Source: Eledone cirrhosa (taxonomy: Eukaryota). Taken from it: a stretch of 64,000 nucleotides of DNA. Below are positions 30,942-46,401 of the stretch, in pieces (position 1 is the first letter of the stretch; each line of letters opens with the position of its first letter). The notes under the pieces are model-generated. The model did not search any database and was not told the origin of the DNA. It saw only the letters and a program-made list of their open reading frames with translations. The translations under genes were made by a program, and so were the position numbers. The stretch is from the NCBI GenBank assembly GCA_964016885.1, contig OZ024740.1, positions 55,056,001-55,120,000 of the forward strand. The letters are read 5' to 3'.

Positions 30942-31966
30942 TGTATGTATGCATATTATTCACAATTAATCTTGTTGACTGAGTAGCATAACCTTGCGGA
31001 GACTTAATGAACACATTATTTAATGAGCACATTACTTTACTAACTGCTTTTAAAAACAAGATCCACTCTCACCTGTATCGTACATATTTTCCGAACAAAA
31101 TCATTCAGTCAATTTTACTAGATTATCCCCCTTCCTTGAGGTTTTTTTGTTTAATTTTAATTTTCATAGAAGGGGAAATCATCTAGTTACAAAAAGTAGC
31201 CTTTTCTCAGACATAAATAAACGTACACAGTCTATGAATTTGTTGTTGGCAATGTTTTTGTTTAGACCTAGATCAGCGACGTTCAAACAAATAACACCAT
31301 TGAACAAAACGCATTTTAGTCATTAGAAACCATTTTATTTTATTGTAGAACACAGTTGACTACAGAATCCAACATAATCTCTATTTTTTAAGGCAATAGA
31401 GTGTCTTTTCAAGGAGATGCGTCTGCTATTGTTAGCTGTAGACTGACCGAGTTGAAACTCTCTCTTACGTGTTGCAGGAAAAATAACTGCTTAAAGTTGA
31501 TTTCAATCCAATCTGCACAATCTTCCAAGCAATTATTCTTTTAAATTTTCTAGAACTAATCACTGGGTCTTGTTCTCAGGTAAACTATACTATAGTGTTG
31601 ATCTGAATATGAAATTCAAAGTTAATGAGGATATTACCTTCTTCTTATATATATATATTAGTGAAAACTAGCAACAAATTCTGCAGCAGCTGGAAATGAG
31701 TTCGTTTCTTCACCTAAAACCCAGTTAAGGGAAGATATATCTCTTGATTAAAATTTACCCTCTGTAAGTACTGTATTATTAATCCCAGAAGAATAAGGGG
31801 CGAAATCGATCCTGAGTAGAGAGTGTGCCCGGAGGATAGAAAAACCTTCCGTTTAACAAATTGAGTCATCGCAGTCATAAATTACACACACAGGCACGCA
31901 TCTACACACACATTCACATATAGATACTGCTGCATATAGTTACAGATGTATGTGTATGTATATATG

Positions 31967-32002
<36 letters not shown>

Positions 32003-32057
32003 CGTGCGTGAATACACAAATACTCAGACACATGCACATATGTATAGGTATATATAA

Positions 32058-32159
<102 letters not shown>

Positions 32160-34141
32160 ATATATATATATATATATATAAGGATTTTCAGTTGCTTCCT
32201 ACACACGCACACGCATATCTGCATTCCAACGTATCATACACAAGCGTGTGAACATGTGTGCACACATGCAAGCAGAGATACACAGAAGTAGAGAAGACTA
32301 ATTTGAGAATATTCCGTAGCTTCTCCTAAAAAGAAAAACAGTTTTCCCACACCCCGCTCGTATGCAGCTTTTAAATACACTGGAGATAATATGATGTAGA
32401 AAAGACAAGATGTCAGACACTATCACCTGCCATTGATGATATATATTTTATTCGGAAAGCTAGGCGGTGATTCATTGCACATACGGTCCGTAGTTACCAG
32501 TTCAGTTAGCGGAAGAGCTCTACAGCTGTCCTCATCGATTTGACAGTTTTTAGATTAGTTGGTTAGCATTAATTTCTGTCAGATGCCAACAGAATGTGTA
32601 TTTGGGTGGCTTATGTCAAGATCATGTCAAACCACTGTCACTTATCGTTGCAAAAATTGACAACAGATTTGCCTTGCCCGTCTTCACGTAGAATGCCAAA
32701 GATTGCAATCTACTACTATACGACTACTCGGGGATCATAAATCACTTAATTGTGAATATTCATGCAAACAGCAACTATTCTCAGTAATTTCTTTTATTTC
32801 TTTTTCCTTTGTTTATATTGTTTTTATTTCCGCATTCATTTATTCATTCATTCGTTTCTTTGTTTGTTTGTTTGTTTGTTTGTTTGTGATCATTTGTCGT
32901 TGGCTAAACGATTTCGTTAGTATCTTTCGTCACTTCATTTACAATTTAGTTAAATATTAATGGGAGTCGCTTTCCGTCTGGAATTGGTAAATGATCTCTA
33001 AAATTTAAATCCACGACTTGCTCGCAGAAATGTACTAAAGGCTTTTAAACTGTTTATTCATGGCTAGAAGGGCAGGGACCCTGACCATTATCAGCGCCTC
33101 TTGTTGGTTGAATAGGAAAATATGCTCATAGCGGTGACCTGTGCTAGATGATTTAAGCAGAGTGAAATCTGCACGAAACGACATGTGGGTGTTAGTTCGG
33201 ACGCCATATTGTGTCTCCCACGCAAGTAAACGAAAGCGGGGTTTCAACTCAGAAGGCAGAAGCCAGAACATATATTGCATTGTATCTTATCCATCGTTCT
33301 AACAATTTTGTCAAGTCACTGTTCTGAAAGTGTACATTATTCTATCGATGCCGAAGAAGGTTGTCCTCGGTGGAATATACATTCAGGGCAGAGGGCTCTA
33401 GAATCAACAGCGCATGTAATTTTATCCGATATTCTAATGACTAGCATTATCGGTGTTTACATGAGTTCTCCGTATTCATTATATTTAAGAATAAAGTAAG
33501 GGTGAACTTGTTTGTATGAAACAGGACACAACATTTTAAACCGAGTATATATCTCCAAACTCCAAGATTCATATTAAACGAAATAACTTTCTTTGTTTAG
33601 GTTCAATCTTCTTTACCAAAATTATTATAACAAGATACCTAGTTTTTTTCCTGTTGCTTTCGTTTCATTAATTAATTTATTTGTCGAGGTGTTTTGTTCT
33701 GAATACCTTCCGGTTCAGATTTTGTTTTGATGAAACCATGCTATTGAATATATATATATATATATATATACATATATATTTATGGTTGTATGTGTGTGTG
33801 TATTTACTTTTTTCGGTTGTTTCGGGGGATGTGTTATTGTGTAATATGAATAACTTCATTCAAATTATTATATCATTTCTTTTTTTTTTTTCTTTAATTT
33901 AGATCCGCCATTTCTGTGAAACATTCCTAGCTTAAAGACAAATATGTCAGAGCTTTAAGTTTTTCGTTCTGTTTTTTTTTTTTTCCTTTTCCTTTTTCAA
34001 TCTCTAATCCGAGTTCTTTCATTTCTCTGCAGAAATATTATTCTGTTTCGTTTCCTTCCTTCCTTCTTCCATTTTCCATTTTCCCCTGACTGCCTAAACT
34101 CTCTTTCTATCTCTTTCGTTTTTGTCTATTTATCAATGAAA

Positions 34142-34198
<57 letters not shown>

Positions 34199-34205
34199 CT
34201 CTCTC

Positions 34206-34286
<81 letters not shown>

Positions 34287-35539
34287 AACACTCGAGCTCT
34301 TTCCCTCGATCTTTCACACACCATCTCCCTCTCCACAAAATGGTATTTTAAAGATGTATGGTTATATGATATTCTGAATACGTAAGACTCCAAAAATAAT
34401 TAACATTCACTTTTGAGATGTGTAATTACTATTGTGATATTCGTTTTGCTCGGGACATAGTGACAACGTCTGCCTCTGAGAAGATGTATGGCTCACCAAA
34501 TCTGCCTGTTTCTTCGGCCTCAGGTTAGTGTCAGGGTATGCGATTCCATAAGATCTCCCAATGGAAAACATATCATGCGACATATTGCACATGGCTTCTA
34601 AATCTTTCTCTGCTTTTGAAAACACAGATTTAGGCTATTCTTCTCATTTTCCGTTTTTCAAAGATTTCGGACAAGAAGGCACAGTCGTTTTTAACGTACC
34701 TCTCCCATGAACTGTTTCCGCTTCTTTAAATTTATACAATTTTCTACGGTTTGCCTTTTTAAAAACACTTTTGTAGATTGGTTTATGTGATAGGCACAAA
34801 TTTACCTATGCATGCAAGTTGCTCCAATAGAGCTTGGTACAACTGGCATTGCAGATGTACTCAGACCGAAAGACATTTTGCAATCAACCGCGTCTGACGC
34901 GATAACTATTGCACTGATCCAGTATTCGAACTGGAGAATAAGAACGGTAAAGATTTGAGTTCGGTGAAGATATGAGTGCGAACAAATATCGTGTTGAATT
35001 TCAACTGACACTCTTGCGATTCCGGCAATTTACCACATCAATAAAACCCAGAATAACAAACAACAGTAACAAGTAGAATCCCACCCACCCCCACCCTCAC
35101 CCCCATCCCCCCAAATCCTAGACCTAACAAGAAGCAGAATCATAAGAGCAACACTAGAAAAAGAATATTGAGGAATCAGAACACTGAATCTGTTCGACAA
35201 CAAATACCTCGGCTGTGAAGTCCACTGACACGGGATTACATTGTATCAATAACACAGATTTCAATTTAATTGATTTATGAGAAATCTGAAACTACATTCC
35301 CCTATATTCCACCATAACCAATTGGCCTGAAGAAAGTCAGTAAACTTAATTGTTTGAATTGAATGTGATGTTGAAATCTTTGTTTTAATATGTGCGCGAA
35401 GCCTGGGTGTATACTTACACCTTCGAATCCCCTGAAAGATACCTAGGGCAAATGTGTTCCATTGGAAGGGAATTTGCCGGAAGAGAACTCTGAGGAAGAT
35501 TGCCGTATATACATATAAATATATAAATATATATATATA

Positions 35540-35670
35540 TATAGTAACTATAAATTGATTAACATATATATAAACATGAATAATCACAGGAGATAATTTT
35601 ACATCACAGAAAATTATCTCCTGTGATTATTCATGTTTATATATATGTTAATCAATTTCTAGTTATTATA
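35540..35670. repeat. Fold-back palindrome, 61-bp arms, 9-nt loop
   Basis: 35540-35600 is the reverse complement of 35610-35670 with about 2 mismatches. Confidence 0.9.
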
Positions 35671-35730
35671 ATATGCTCGGACCTATCTTTGAGCTGATAT
35701 GGCGCACGCCGTTATGGCATGACACCCACA

Positions 35731-36074
<344 letters not shown>

Positions 36075-36086
36075 ATATATATATAC

Positions 36087-36151
<65 letters not shown>

Positions 36152-36192
36152 TATATACATACATACACACACTCACACACACACACATACAC

Positions 36193-36245
<53 letters not shown>

Positions 36246-37044
36246 CATATATATATATAATGTATATATATGCATGTCAATGTGTATGTGTGCACGCATG
36301 CATATTTCTCTATGTATAATTAGAGAAATATATACATACGTGTAATAAAATATTTCTCTTCCTCTACACATACACACCTATATACACACACGCATTCAAA
36401 TACACATTAAGACATACACCTAAACGCATGCGTGATTATAGATGAAAAGACAGAGAGAAGTTATTAGCATTTTGCCCAAAATTTGAGAACCTTTCCAAAT
36501 GGAAAAATGCTCCAGCCTTTTTTTTTTTTTCATTTTACCTCATGCCATTCGACACTCTATAGCCATTCTGTGGCAGTTTTAATTATGATCAATTAGAGAA
36601 CAAATGACATTTCAATCGTTAAGTATTCCACGACGAATTTCCCATTGCATTAGTGTTGAGATTAGAACGTTCTGTCTCACAATAGCCTCTCTTAGTACTC
36701 AAAAGTCATCTTCAACTTTGTGGCTATACATTCCATCATTTTCATTCGAGGCAAATGGAAGTAAGGCGAGTTTGGAGATCGCATAATCTCCTAGTACAGT
36801 GAACCTAACAGTCGATTTTATTCGCCTGAGGCAGCATGATGACCTTTCTTGAGGGTCTTCTTTCTTCACCCTTCATAGAGTAATTGGATTCAACTCAGTT
36901 TTTTCAACTAATTCAGAGTTTTCATTCAATGCCGTTTCCAGAGCGCAGTATAGCTAGCATACTTCCGTTTGAGCTAATTCTTGGCGGGTGGTCTCTTTCC
37001 GCTCTCCCTGCAAGAGTTGCATTAATATCTAGAATTTGCTTGCA

Positions 37045-37099
<55 letters not shown>

Positions 37100-37211
37100 G
37101 CACTCATCGAATCATATTTGGTCGGTATATATGACCGTACTAGAAAATTAAACAAGTCAGAATTGTTATACTCACACACTCAGATATGCATACACACACA
37201 CATACACACTC

Positions 37212-37245
<34 letters not shown>

Positions 37246-37258
37246 CTCAGACTACGGG

Positions 37259-37377
<119 letters not shown>

Positions 37378-37409
37378 GTGTGTGCGTGTGTGCGCGTGTG
37401 TGTGTGTGT

Positions 37410-37526
37410 ATCCCGGGCTCAGTCGGGGGTGACCACAATAAGTGAAGTACTCAATACATAGCAGAGTATAGATATTTAATTTAGAATTCAGGAAAGCCCT
37501 TTCCTGATGATTTCCTTCGAATGAAA
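37410..37526 (-). mobile_element. Second, rearranged copy of the 26961-27150 hammerhead cassette
   Basis: ATCCCGGG..GTACTCAATACA..GCAGAGTATA is colinear with 26967-27040, followed by an inverted CTGATGA-TTTCCTTCGAAT-GAAA half-ribozyme at 37504-37526. Confidence 0.7.
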
Positions 37527-38429
37527 AATGTATACAAAAAATGTATACATTTCAACAGCATTCTAATAACTCATTGCCTGTACAGGTAATCAAAGTGTGT
37601 ATACTTTTTGGGGACATCCCTGTATATACATACATACACTCACACACACGTACAGTCATGCACGCACACCCACACCTACATGCTCTCCCCTTCTTTCTCT
37701 CCCCCTCTCTCTTACTCTCTCTCTATCTCTCTCTCTCTCATCCACACACATTATGCATTTTATATATAGATATAGATATAGGTATATATTTAAACATACT
37801 CCTTCACTTACAGATGTCTTTATTTTTTTAATTTAAAAATCTTATTTTTATTTCGATTATTTTTCTCTTTTCAACGCATCAATGATAGTGATTCTTTATA
37901 TATAGTATGTTGTTATTTGATATATTAAAATGCGTGTATATCATGTAATAGATACTTTTCAGTTTGAAAAAGAAACGAGACAAATTATAACCGAAGGTCT
38001 GATGAAGAAATCTGATTGGGTGATATGGTTCGGCCATCACTGCGATCTAATTCATAGGTCGGGTATAAAAGAGAGAAGGATTGGCTATTTGAAGGATAAA
38101 TAAACAAAGGAAAGTACAAAGCTGTCCAACTAGGCGGCGATACCATGGAAGCAGTCACAATTGCCCTACATATCACACCATAGCACCTTTGTAAAGAAAT
38201 GAAACATTGAATTCTGTGCATTCATTGATAAGCTGTGCCTTTAAAAAATGAAGAAAGTGAGGGGTGGTCACAACTGGAAAACCATTATTTAATCGTGTGG
38301 TCAAGGATTTGAGGGTATGTGGCTAAACAACCACATCAAACAAATAAACTTATGAAATAAAATAGGTTTGGGGATCAGTTTTTAAACCTAACGCCCACAT
38401 TCATACACACACGCATATATATATATATA

Positions 38430-38462
<33 letters not shown>

Positions 38463-38564
38463 GCGTATATATATATATATATATATGCATATATATATAC
38501 ACATATATATGGATATATAGATATATAGATATGATTATAACGTGTGTGCGTGCCTCTTTACGCG

Positions 38565-38621
<57 letters not shown>

Positions 38622-39195
38622 GTGTGTGTGTGTTTGTGTGTGTTTGTGTGTATTTGTGTGTGCGTGTGGCTGTGTGTTTGCGTGTGTGTATGTGAATACG
38701 TTGTACAAAACTCATAATGACTGAAAATAGACAATGAAAAATCAAACAATGGAATATAACTAGGTTATTTTACCAACATACTGTTTGGGAAAGAGAAAAG
38801 AAAAATGGTGCTACGAAGAGATAGTAGTCTTGTGGAGCATAAGTTACCAATGAGGCAGGAGGGCTGAGTATGGTTGGAGAGTTTGAATGAAGGAGCTATG
38901 GAAAGAAATAAAGAGAACGCAGAGAGCTAACAAAATGGTATTCAGATTGACCAAAGTACAATATTGGGACTGACAAATAGATGAATGTTTGAATTACTCT
39001 GCTAAGGCAAACTGAAAGAGTGTTAATCACAAATATACAAGGAGATTGTTCGTGATTTCGTGTGTGTGTGTAGGAAGGGGGGCGCATGTGTGAGACAGAT
39101 TCTAATAACAAAACTGTGATGCAGCCAAACACATGTATAGAGATAGACAGATATAAACATATAGATACATACACGCACACAACACATTCATACAG

Positions 39196-39230
<35 letters not shown>

Positions 39231-39490
39231 TATATATATATATATATATATATAGGACGAAAGGTCAAGAAAAAGAGAGAGAAAGTGTGTAGGCGGAAAA
39301 ATATGGCGGAAAAAAGAATGGGCACATTATTGTGGCGATGTTAACGACGACTATAATGAGATGAAAGAGGGGGAGCATGAGGTGGAAAGTAATCGAAAAA
39401 GACAAAAGTGTCAGAAAATCCTACGAAAACATGAAGTGACGACTATATGGTTATTGAGACAAAGGGATGCAAACACTGATTTACTATTAC

Positions 39491-39610
39491 TTGAGTTCAA
39501 ATCCCGTCGAGAATAACTTTGCCTTTCTTCCTTCCGGGGTCGATAAAATAAAGTAGCAGTAATACACTGGGTAATTGCTGGCCTTGTTCCAAAAGTAGAT
39601 ACAACTATTA
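39491..39610 (+). mobile_element. SINE family A, short form, 5'-truncated
   Basis: Runs from the B box to the tail and lacks the internal GTCGATTTAATCGAC segment. Confidence 0.8.
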
Positions 39611-39625
39611 CTTGTATATGTCTCC

Positions 39626-39760
<135 letters not shown>

Positions 39761-39909
39761 TCCTGCCTTTATTTTTGCACTCTGAAGAAGGACTACAGCC
39801 CGACACGTCAACATTTCTTGCGTCTTTTCCATATAAAGCTTGAAGCTAATATGACTTTTTGTATCTGTTTTGTCGTTTCCTTGAACCACATACACACACA
39901 CACATCGTG

Positions 39910-40091
39910 AGCCGATTGACTTGCGTCAAATCGGACCGAGGAAACAATGTTTCCATTAGTCTTTCCAATTGCAAATACTCTCTATATTCCAGGTAGAAGG
40001 AGCAACGTGAAATAAAGTGTCTTGCCTAAGGACATAACGCATTGCTCGGCCCGGGAATCTAATTATCTAATCACACAGCCACGAGCCTTCA
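39910..40091 (-). mobile_element. SINE family B
   Basis: Colinear with 20981-21200, with a deletion in the head. Confidence 0.75.
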
Positions 40092-40092
40092 T

Positions 40093-40236
40093 TGGATTGG
40101 CAGTAACGGTAGAGGGTCGGGCGCCATGCTTTCCAGCATAGTTACGTCCCTTTACGATCTGAGTTCAAATCCCGCCGAGGTTGACTTTGCCTTTCATCCT
40201 TACGGGGTCGATAAAATAAAGTACCAGTAATGCACT
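40093..40236 (+). mobile_element. SINE family A, 3'-truncated at (TA)n
   Basis: Consensus match from TGGATTGGCAGT to GTACCAGTAATGCACT. Confidence 0.85.
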
Positions 40237-40282
40237 ATATATATATATATATATACATGTATACATATACATACATATACAT

Positions 40283-40337
<55 letters not shown>

Positions 40338-40832
40338 TACATATACATGTGTAAATGTATGCACCAGTTCTTGTTAGTTTGAGAGTACTAAAGTCGAAAT
40401 CAATCCAACCATGTCCATCCTGACGTTTTCCCTTGTTTGTCTAGCACTAGATTTTCCAATATTTGCCTTCGTTTCCTTTGCCAACATAATATTGGTATTT
40501 TGTCAAAGAAAGTTGTCTCTATGTTTCAAACACACACACACGCACACACTTACTCACACACAGATAGAAGCAAACAAGCATGCACATTCACACAAATGAA
40601 CTGAAAATAAACACCTGAAACTCATGCCTTTCGCAAAGTTGCCGTTGTACTGAAATGAGATCTTTGCACGATCTTTCTTCCCTGATAACTTCATCTAATT
40701 TTCATCCTCCCATTTCTATCTTTCTTTCTTTCAGACACCATTTCTTGTTTTACTATTTATATTTATTTTCCTTACATTATATTGACATATTTTACCAACC
40801 CAAAGTATACCCATCACCCCACCATATACATT

Positions 40833-41043
<211 letters not shown>

Positions 41044-41633
41044 TATGATTCATAAACGAAAAAAAGGTATTGTTTGTTTCCACAATGAAATAGCAACCAA
41101 CACAGAATCACATATGATATATAATATGATAATAAACGAATTAATTATTCAATCATCAAAATCTGAAGAGCACATTAAATATCGTTTCCATACCGTGTTT
41201 ATTATTGGGTCACATATTTTCAAAGATGAAGTTGAGACATAAAATCTACACAAAAAACAACAAAAAACAAAATCAGAATAGTATCTTAGACGTCTCTCTT
41301 TGTCTTCTATTTTAATGCCCTTCATTTACATACGTTTCTTTAGTTCTTGTATATTATCGTATTCCAGCGATTCCGAGAGGATTCATGGTAAAGTTGACTT
41401 CTGTAGGATTAGAAATCCGCACCTATTTAACCGATATATATTGCAAATATTTTGTCGGACATTCTAGAGATTGAGCCCTTCTGTTATTTAGGTTATACTG
41501 TTATTCTTATGATTGTTTATGTTATTATTGTTTGGTCACAGATTAGACCTTTAGCCACAGATGTTCCAGATAAGACAGCCATCGTAAGCGAGCCATTAGT
41601 TACATATGAGGGTTTACAGTGAGATATAAGCTG

Positions 41634-41717
<84 letters not shown>

Positions 41718-41807
41718 CTGCGCTATGTGGTGTATGTGTGTGAGTGTGTACATACAGTGAGGATCATTATAATTATTTCATATTTTTGAGACATCACAAT
41801 ATAAGTT

Positions 41808-41993
41808 TAATAATTGTTTCTACTTTTGGCACAAGGCCAGCAATTACCCAGTGCATTACTGGTACTTTATTTCATCGACCCCGTGAGGATGAAAGGCAAA
41901 GTTAACCTCGGCGGGATTTGAACTCAGAATGGCAAGGGATGTAACTCTATGCGTCAAAGCATGGCGTCCGACCCTCTACCGATACTGCCAATT
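41808..41993 (-). mobile_element. SINE family A, short form
   Basis: Reverse complement of the family consensus. Confidence 0.85.
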
Positions 41994-42633
41994 AATAATA
42001 TACTCTGAAGTCAGTGCCAATAAGGTTTTGTTTTTTCTTTCTTTCTACATTCAACAGGTTTGTTTTTGTGTTTTTGTGTGTTTTCTATGTTTTCAGTTCT
42101 CAAGATTTTCGATATTTCAAACAGATAGCATATGTCAGCAGAATATAATGTTGTGCCTTGTATTTTGGAATGAGTCCAAAGATATATCCTTAACAATGGT
42201 TTTGTAGCTAACAGTTCCTAATTATTAAAATTTCCGTTGCCAGGAAGGTTCTTAGTTAACTATTGATCAGCATGATTCGTAGATTATATGAGAATAAAAA
42301 AAAATAATACTATAAGATAGGGCCGGTAAGGAAATAAGCTGTTTTGGCATAATACATAATACATAATACAAAATACAAAAATCCATTTCCTTTGCTTGAA
42401 AGAACTTTTGACAATAGTATATGTAATGGAAACTTGATATAGACGATGCCAATATTGGGATGGGTTATCCCCCTTATACACGTTTCAATATTTTTATATC
42501 ATGAAACGATACAGAAATATAGCGTATGATATGGGTTAACATTTCAATGTGTTTATATATTTGTGTGTATATAAATATATATACATATATATAATTATAT
42601 TTAATTATATATATATATATAATATATAATTAT

Positions 42634-42756
<123 letters not shown>

Positions 42757-42957
42757 TATATATATATGTGTGTGTATGTAGGTAGTGTATGTGTGCATGT
42801 ATATTGGTTATTATACATCATATATACACATATATTAAATATATACTTGCCCCATCTTCATTTTGTTCTTCTTTACCTCTTCTATTGTTTAAAGTATGTG
42901 TGTGCATATTGATTTGTGTCTGTATATATGTGTGTGAATGTGTTGGTGAGTTTATGT

Positions 42958-43348
42958 ATGTATGTAGCTATGTCTGCGTATTTATGTATGTTTGTATGTA
43001 TAAATGTATGTATATATGTATGTATGCATGTATGTATATACATGTGTGTGTGGGGGGGGGTGCTTGTGTGTGTGTGCTCGTGTATCTATGTATGCATGCA
43101 TGTATGGAGCTATGTCTGTGTAGTTATGTATGATTGTATGTATAAATGTATGTATATTTATGTATGTATGCATGTATGTATGTACCTGTGTGCGTGTGTG
43201 TGTGTGCTTGTGTGTGTGTGGGCATGTGTATCTATGTATGCATGTATTTATGTAGTTATGTCTGTTTATTTATGTATGTTTGTATATATAAATGTATGTA
43301 TATATATGTATGTATGTATGTACCTGTGTGTGCGTGTGTGTGTGTGCT

Positions 43349-43380
<32 letters not shown>
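42958..43380. repeat. Higher-order tandem repeat, ~145 bp x3, built from ATGT/GT microsatellites
   Basis: Landmarks AG(C/T)TATGTCTG..TATAAATGTATG..GTGCTTGTGTG recur three times. Confidence 0.7.
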
Positions 43381-43381
<1 letters not shown>

Positions 43382-43409
43382 ATGTATGCATGTATGTATG
43401 TACCTATGT

Positions 43410-43820
43410 ACGGGAGAGATGACCCCTTAGCCTTTGGCAAGGCAGAATTCTAGGAGAAGGAAAACTCTGATATAACACCTACAACCCCAATGGTATCCAA
43501 TGATGTTGACTTGTTCTTCTTTTTGATAAATTTCATCTTGGTTAAGAGAGTGGGACTGGCTTTGTGCAGTGCCTTTGCTCACTATAAAAGCTTCACGGCA
43601 CAGGCATTGCTTTATACCTGGAGATCTCTCTGCACTTGTCGTCACATGGCATAAAGGGCCCATCACTATGTGTTAATAATTGTCACAAGTGTAGTGTTTG
43701 TACCAGAGTTTACAAGTCGCTGGCTGGACTAAAACGTCACACTCGTTCAGCGCATCGGTAAGGGTTCTCTTATATGGATATGAAGTAGTGGCCGTACTCT
43801 AAAACGAGTTGGCAGCCACC
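43410..43820 (+). mobile_element. Short RTE-derived non-autonomous element with C2H2 finger and 12-bp TSD
   Basis: RTE 5'UTR-like CTAGGAGAAGGAAAACTCTGA. 43681-43761 encodes CHKCSVCTRVYKSLAGLKRHTRSAHR*. ATGTACCTATGT occurs at 43398-43409 and 43821-43832. Confidence 0.65.
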
Positions 43821-44170
43821 ATGTACCTATGTGTGTGTCTGTGTATTTATGTATGTACGTACCTATGTGTGTGTGTATGCGTGTTGAAAATAAGAAGATC
43901 TACTTGGATGGTTATTCCACTATTCAAAAGTCAAATAACGCAAAACTCAGACAAAATCAGCATGAGACATGGTGTGACAATATTGGTCCTTTGAATTACA
44001 TGTTTAATAACTCCACCGCGGTTCAACATTTTCCGTCTGCTCAATTTTACTTACAAGACTCATATCAGCCCGCGGCTACGGTAATAGAGATTTGCCGAAG
44101 ATGACACACACGGCTCAAATCAGTGCAACATATATATCTATATATCTCAATACATACATACACACACTTG

Positions 44171-44221
<51 letters not shown>

Positions 44222-44243
44222 AAATACATACACATACAGTAGT

Positions 44244-44281
<38 letters not shown>

Positions 44282-44527
44282 TAGTATTAGTATTAGTAGT
44301 AGTATTAGTAGGAGTAGTAGTAGTAGTAGTAGTAGTGATATAAATTCTAGATATTAATGTAACTATTGCAGTCTGTATTGAATGAGACAGGGTTAATCGT
44401 CATGTTAGTAATAACAGTCACACGTAATTAATAACATGGCAAATAGCATCTGTAAAAAATGATTTCATTTATTGTGCACAAGGGGCGACATGTAGGGGAC
44501 AATACAAAGTCACGAACAGTCACAAGT

Positions 44528-44695
44528 TAATAATTGTTTCTACTTTTGGTACAAGGCCAGCAATTATCCAAGTGTATTACTGGTACTTTATTTTATCGAC
44601 CCCGTAAGGATGAAAGGCAAAGTTAACCCCAGCGGGATTTCAACTCAGACCATAAAGGGCTGTCGTGCGACCCGCTACCGATACAGCCAATCCAC
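44528..44695 (-). mobile_element. SINE family A, short form, between ~100-bp direct repeats
   Basis: Reverse-complement consensus with a head deletion. Flanks 44434-44533 and 44694-44795 are homologous. Confidence 0.8.
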
Positions 44696-44953
44696 ATAGC
44701 AAATAGCATCTGTAAAAAATGATTTCATTTATTGGGCACAAGGGCCGACATATAGGGGACAATTCAAAGACACGGACCATCACACGTAAATAATAACATA
44801 GCAAATAACATATGTACAAAATAAGGGAAATATAATATCTAGCAAGAATACGGTCGCAAATAATAACAACAATGACTGATAAAGTATAAAAAATAAATAA
44901 AAACTATTACACAGAGAATCTTATACGTATATATATATACAATGTATTTATAA

Positions 44954-44984
<31 letters not shown>

Positions 44985-45008
44985 TATGAGTGTGTGTGTG
45001 TCTGTATG

Positions 45009-45089
<81 letters not shown>

Positions 45090-45579
45090 ATAGACATATA
45101 TATATAGACATATATATATATATATATATATATTCTTATATATATATATACATGTATAGAGACATATATATATATATAGACATTTATGTACGTATGTATG
45201 TAGACGAAAAATATAAGAAGTGGAAAAGGAGAAATCACGGTTTGTGGACAAAGTAGATGACTATGGAGATAGTAGACAGGAAACCGTTACGTTCTGTCAT
45301 TCCATTGGCTGCAGAGAATTTTTAAGACCGCCTCAGGCAACGTAGCGACTTTACGGCCCAAAGCATCGATTTAGTTGGATAGCTTTGACGTAGCTTTCAG
45401 CTCCACCTCACTGCTATTTTAAAAACTGGTAGATTTCGTGTATAGTAGTGAGCAAGAGTGTGGCTATGTGTGCGCGTGTGTGTGTGTGTGTAGGTGTGTG
45501 TGTCTGTTTGTGTATGTGTGTGTGTGTCTGTGTGTCTGTTTGAATGCATCTCTATATCCGTGTATAGATGTGTCTATTT

Positions 45580-45633
<54 letters not shown>

Positions 45634-45677
45634 AATGAAAAATGGCGTGCTGCGTTGTTGCGAATGTGGGCTTCTAG

Positions 45678-45710
<33 letters not shown>

Positions 45711-45711
45711 C

Positions 45712-45806
<95 letters not shown>

Positions 45807-45918
45807 TATGTATGTATATAAATATATATATATATATAGAGAGAGAGAGATAGATAGATAGATGTATATATATATATATTCCTGTATATGTACATATATA
45901 TATATATATATATAGATA

Positions 45919-46117
45919 AATATTTATGTGTATGTTTGAGAGAGAGAATGAGAGAGCGTGTGTGTGTGTGTATGTGTGTATGTGTTCATTAAATTTATAT
46001 TTGATATAGGACTCAATATATTTATGTGTGTGTGAGAGAGAGAATGAGACAGCGTGTGTGTGTGTGTGTGTGTGTGTTCATTAAATCTATATTTGATATA
46101 GTACTCAATATATTTAT
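45919..46117. repeat. Tandem duplication, ~95 bp x2
   Basis: GAGAGAATGAGA..GTTCATTAAAT..ATTTGATATAG..ACTCAATATATTTAT occurs twice. Confidence 0.8.
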
Positions 46118-46401
46118 ATATACTTATATATATATTCAGAAAAATGAGACTCGTGTATCATGTCAGATAATATTTAAATTAAACGTTTAACTTATTTCCA
46201 TATATGTTAAACAGACTTATATATTACCCTACACACACGTGTATACACTTTTGCACAAATACAAACACACACGTCCACAGACACACAATGTGTCTGCATT
46301 CATGTGCACATAAGAGAAATATCATAAATCAGAATATCGATATAGGATGTAGTTCAAGTATTGATTTGTCGCTCTGTGTGATATATTATATAAAATATGT
46401 T

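Noticed and set aside
34400-35040. Coding-like unique sequence on the minus strand
   Set aside because: In-frame stops, no recognisable domain and no clear splice sites.
37535-37626. Tc1/mariner-like TIR (GTGTATACTTTTTGGGGACATCCCTGTA)
   Set aside because: Only one end is convincing and the partner TIR is partial.
39782-39812. CTGAAGA-AGGACTACAGCCC-GACACGTC hammerhead-like motif
   Set aside because: GAAA is mutated and stem I does not pair. At best a decayed relic.
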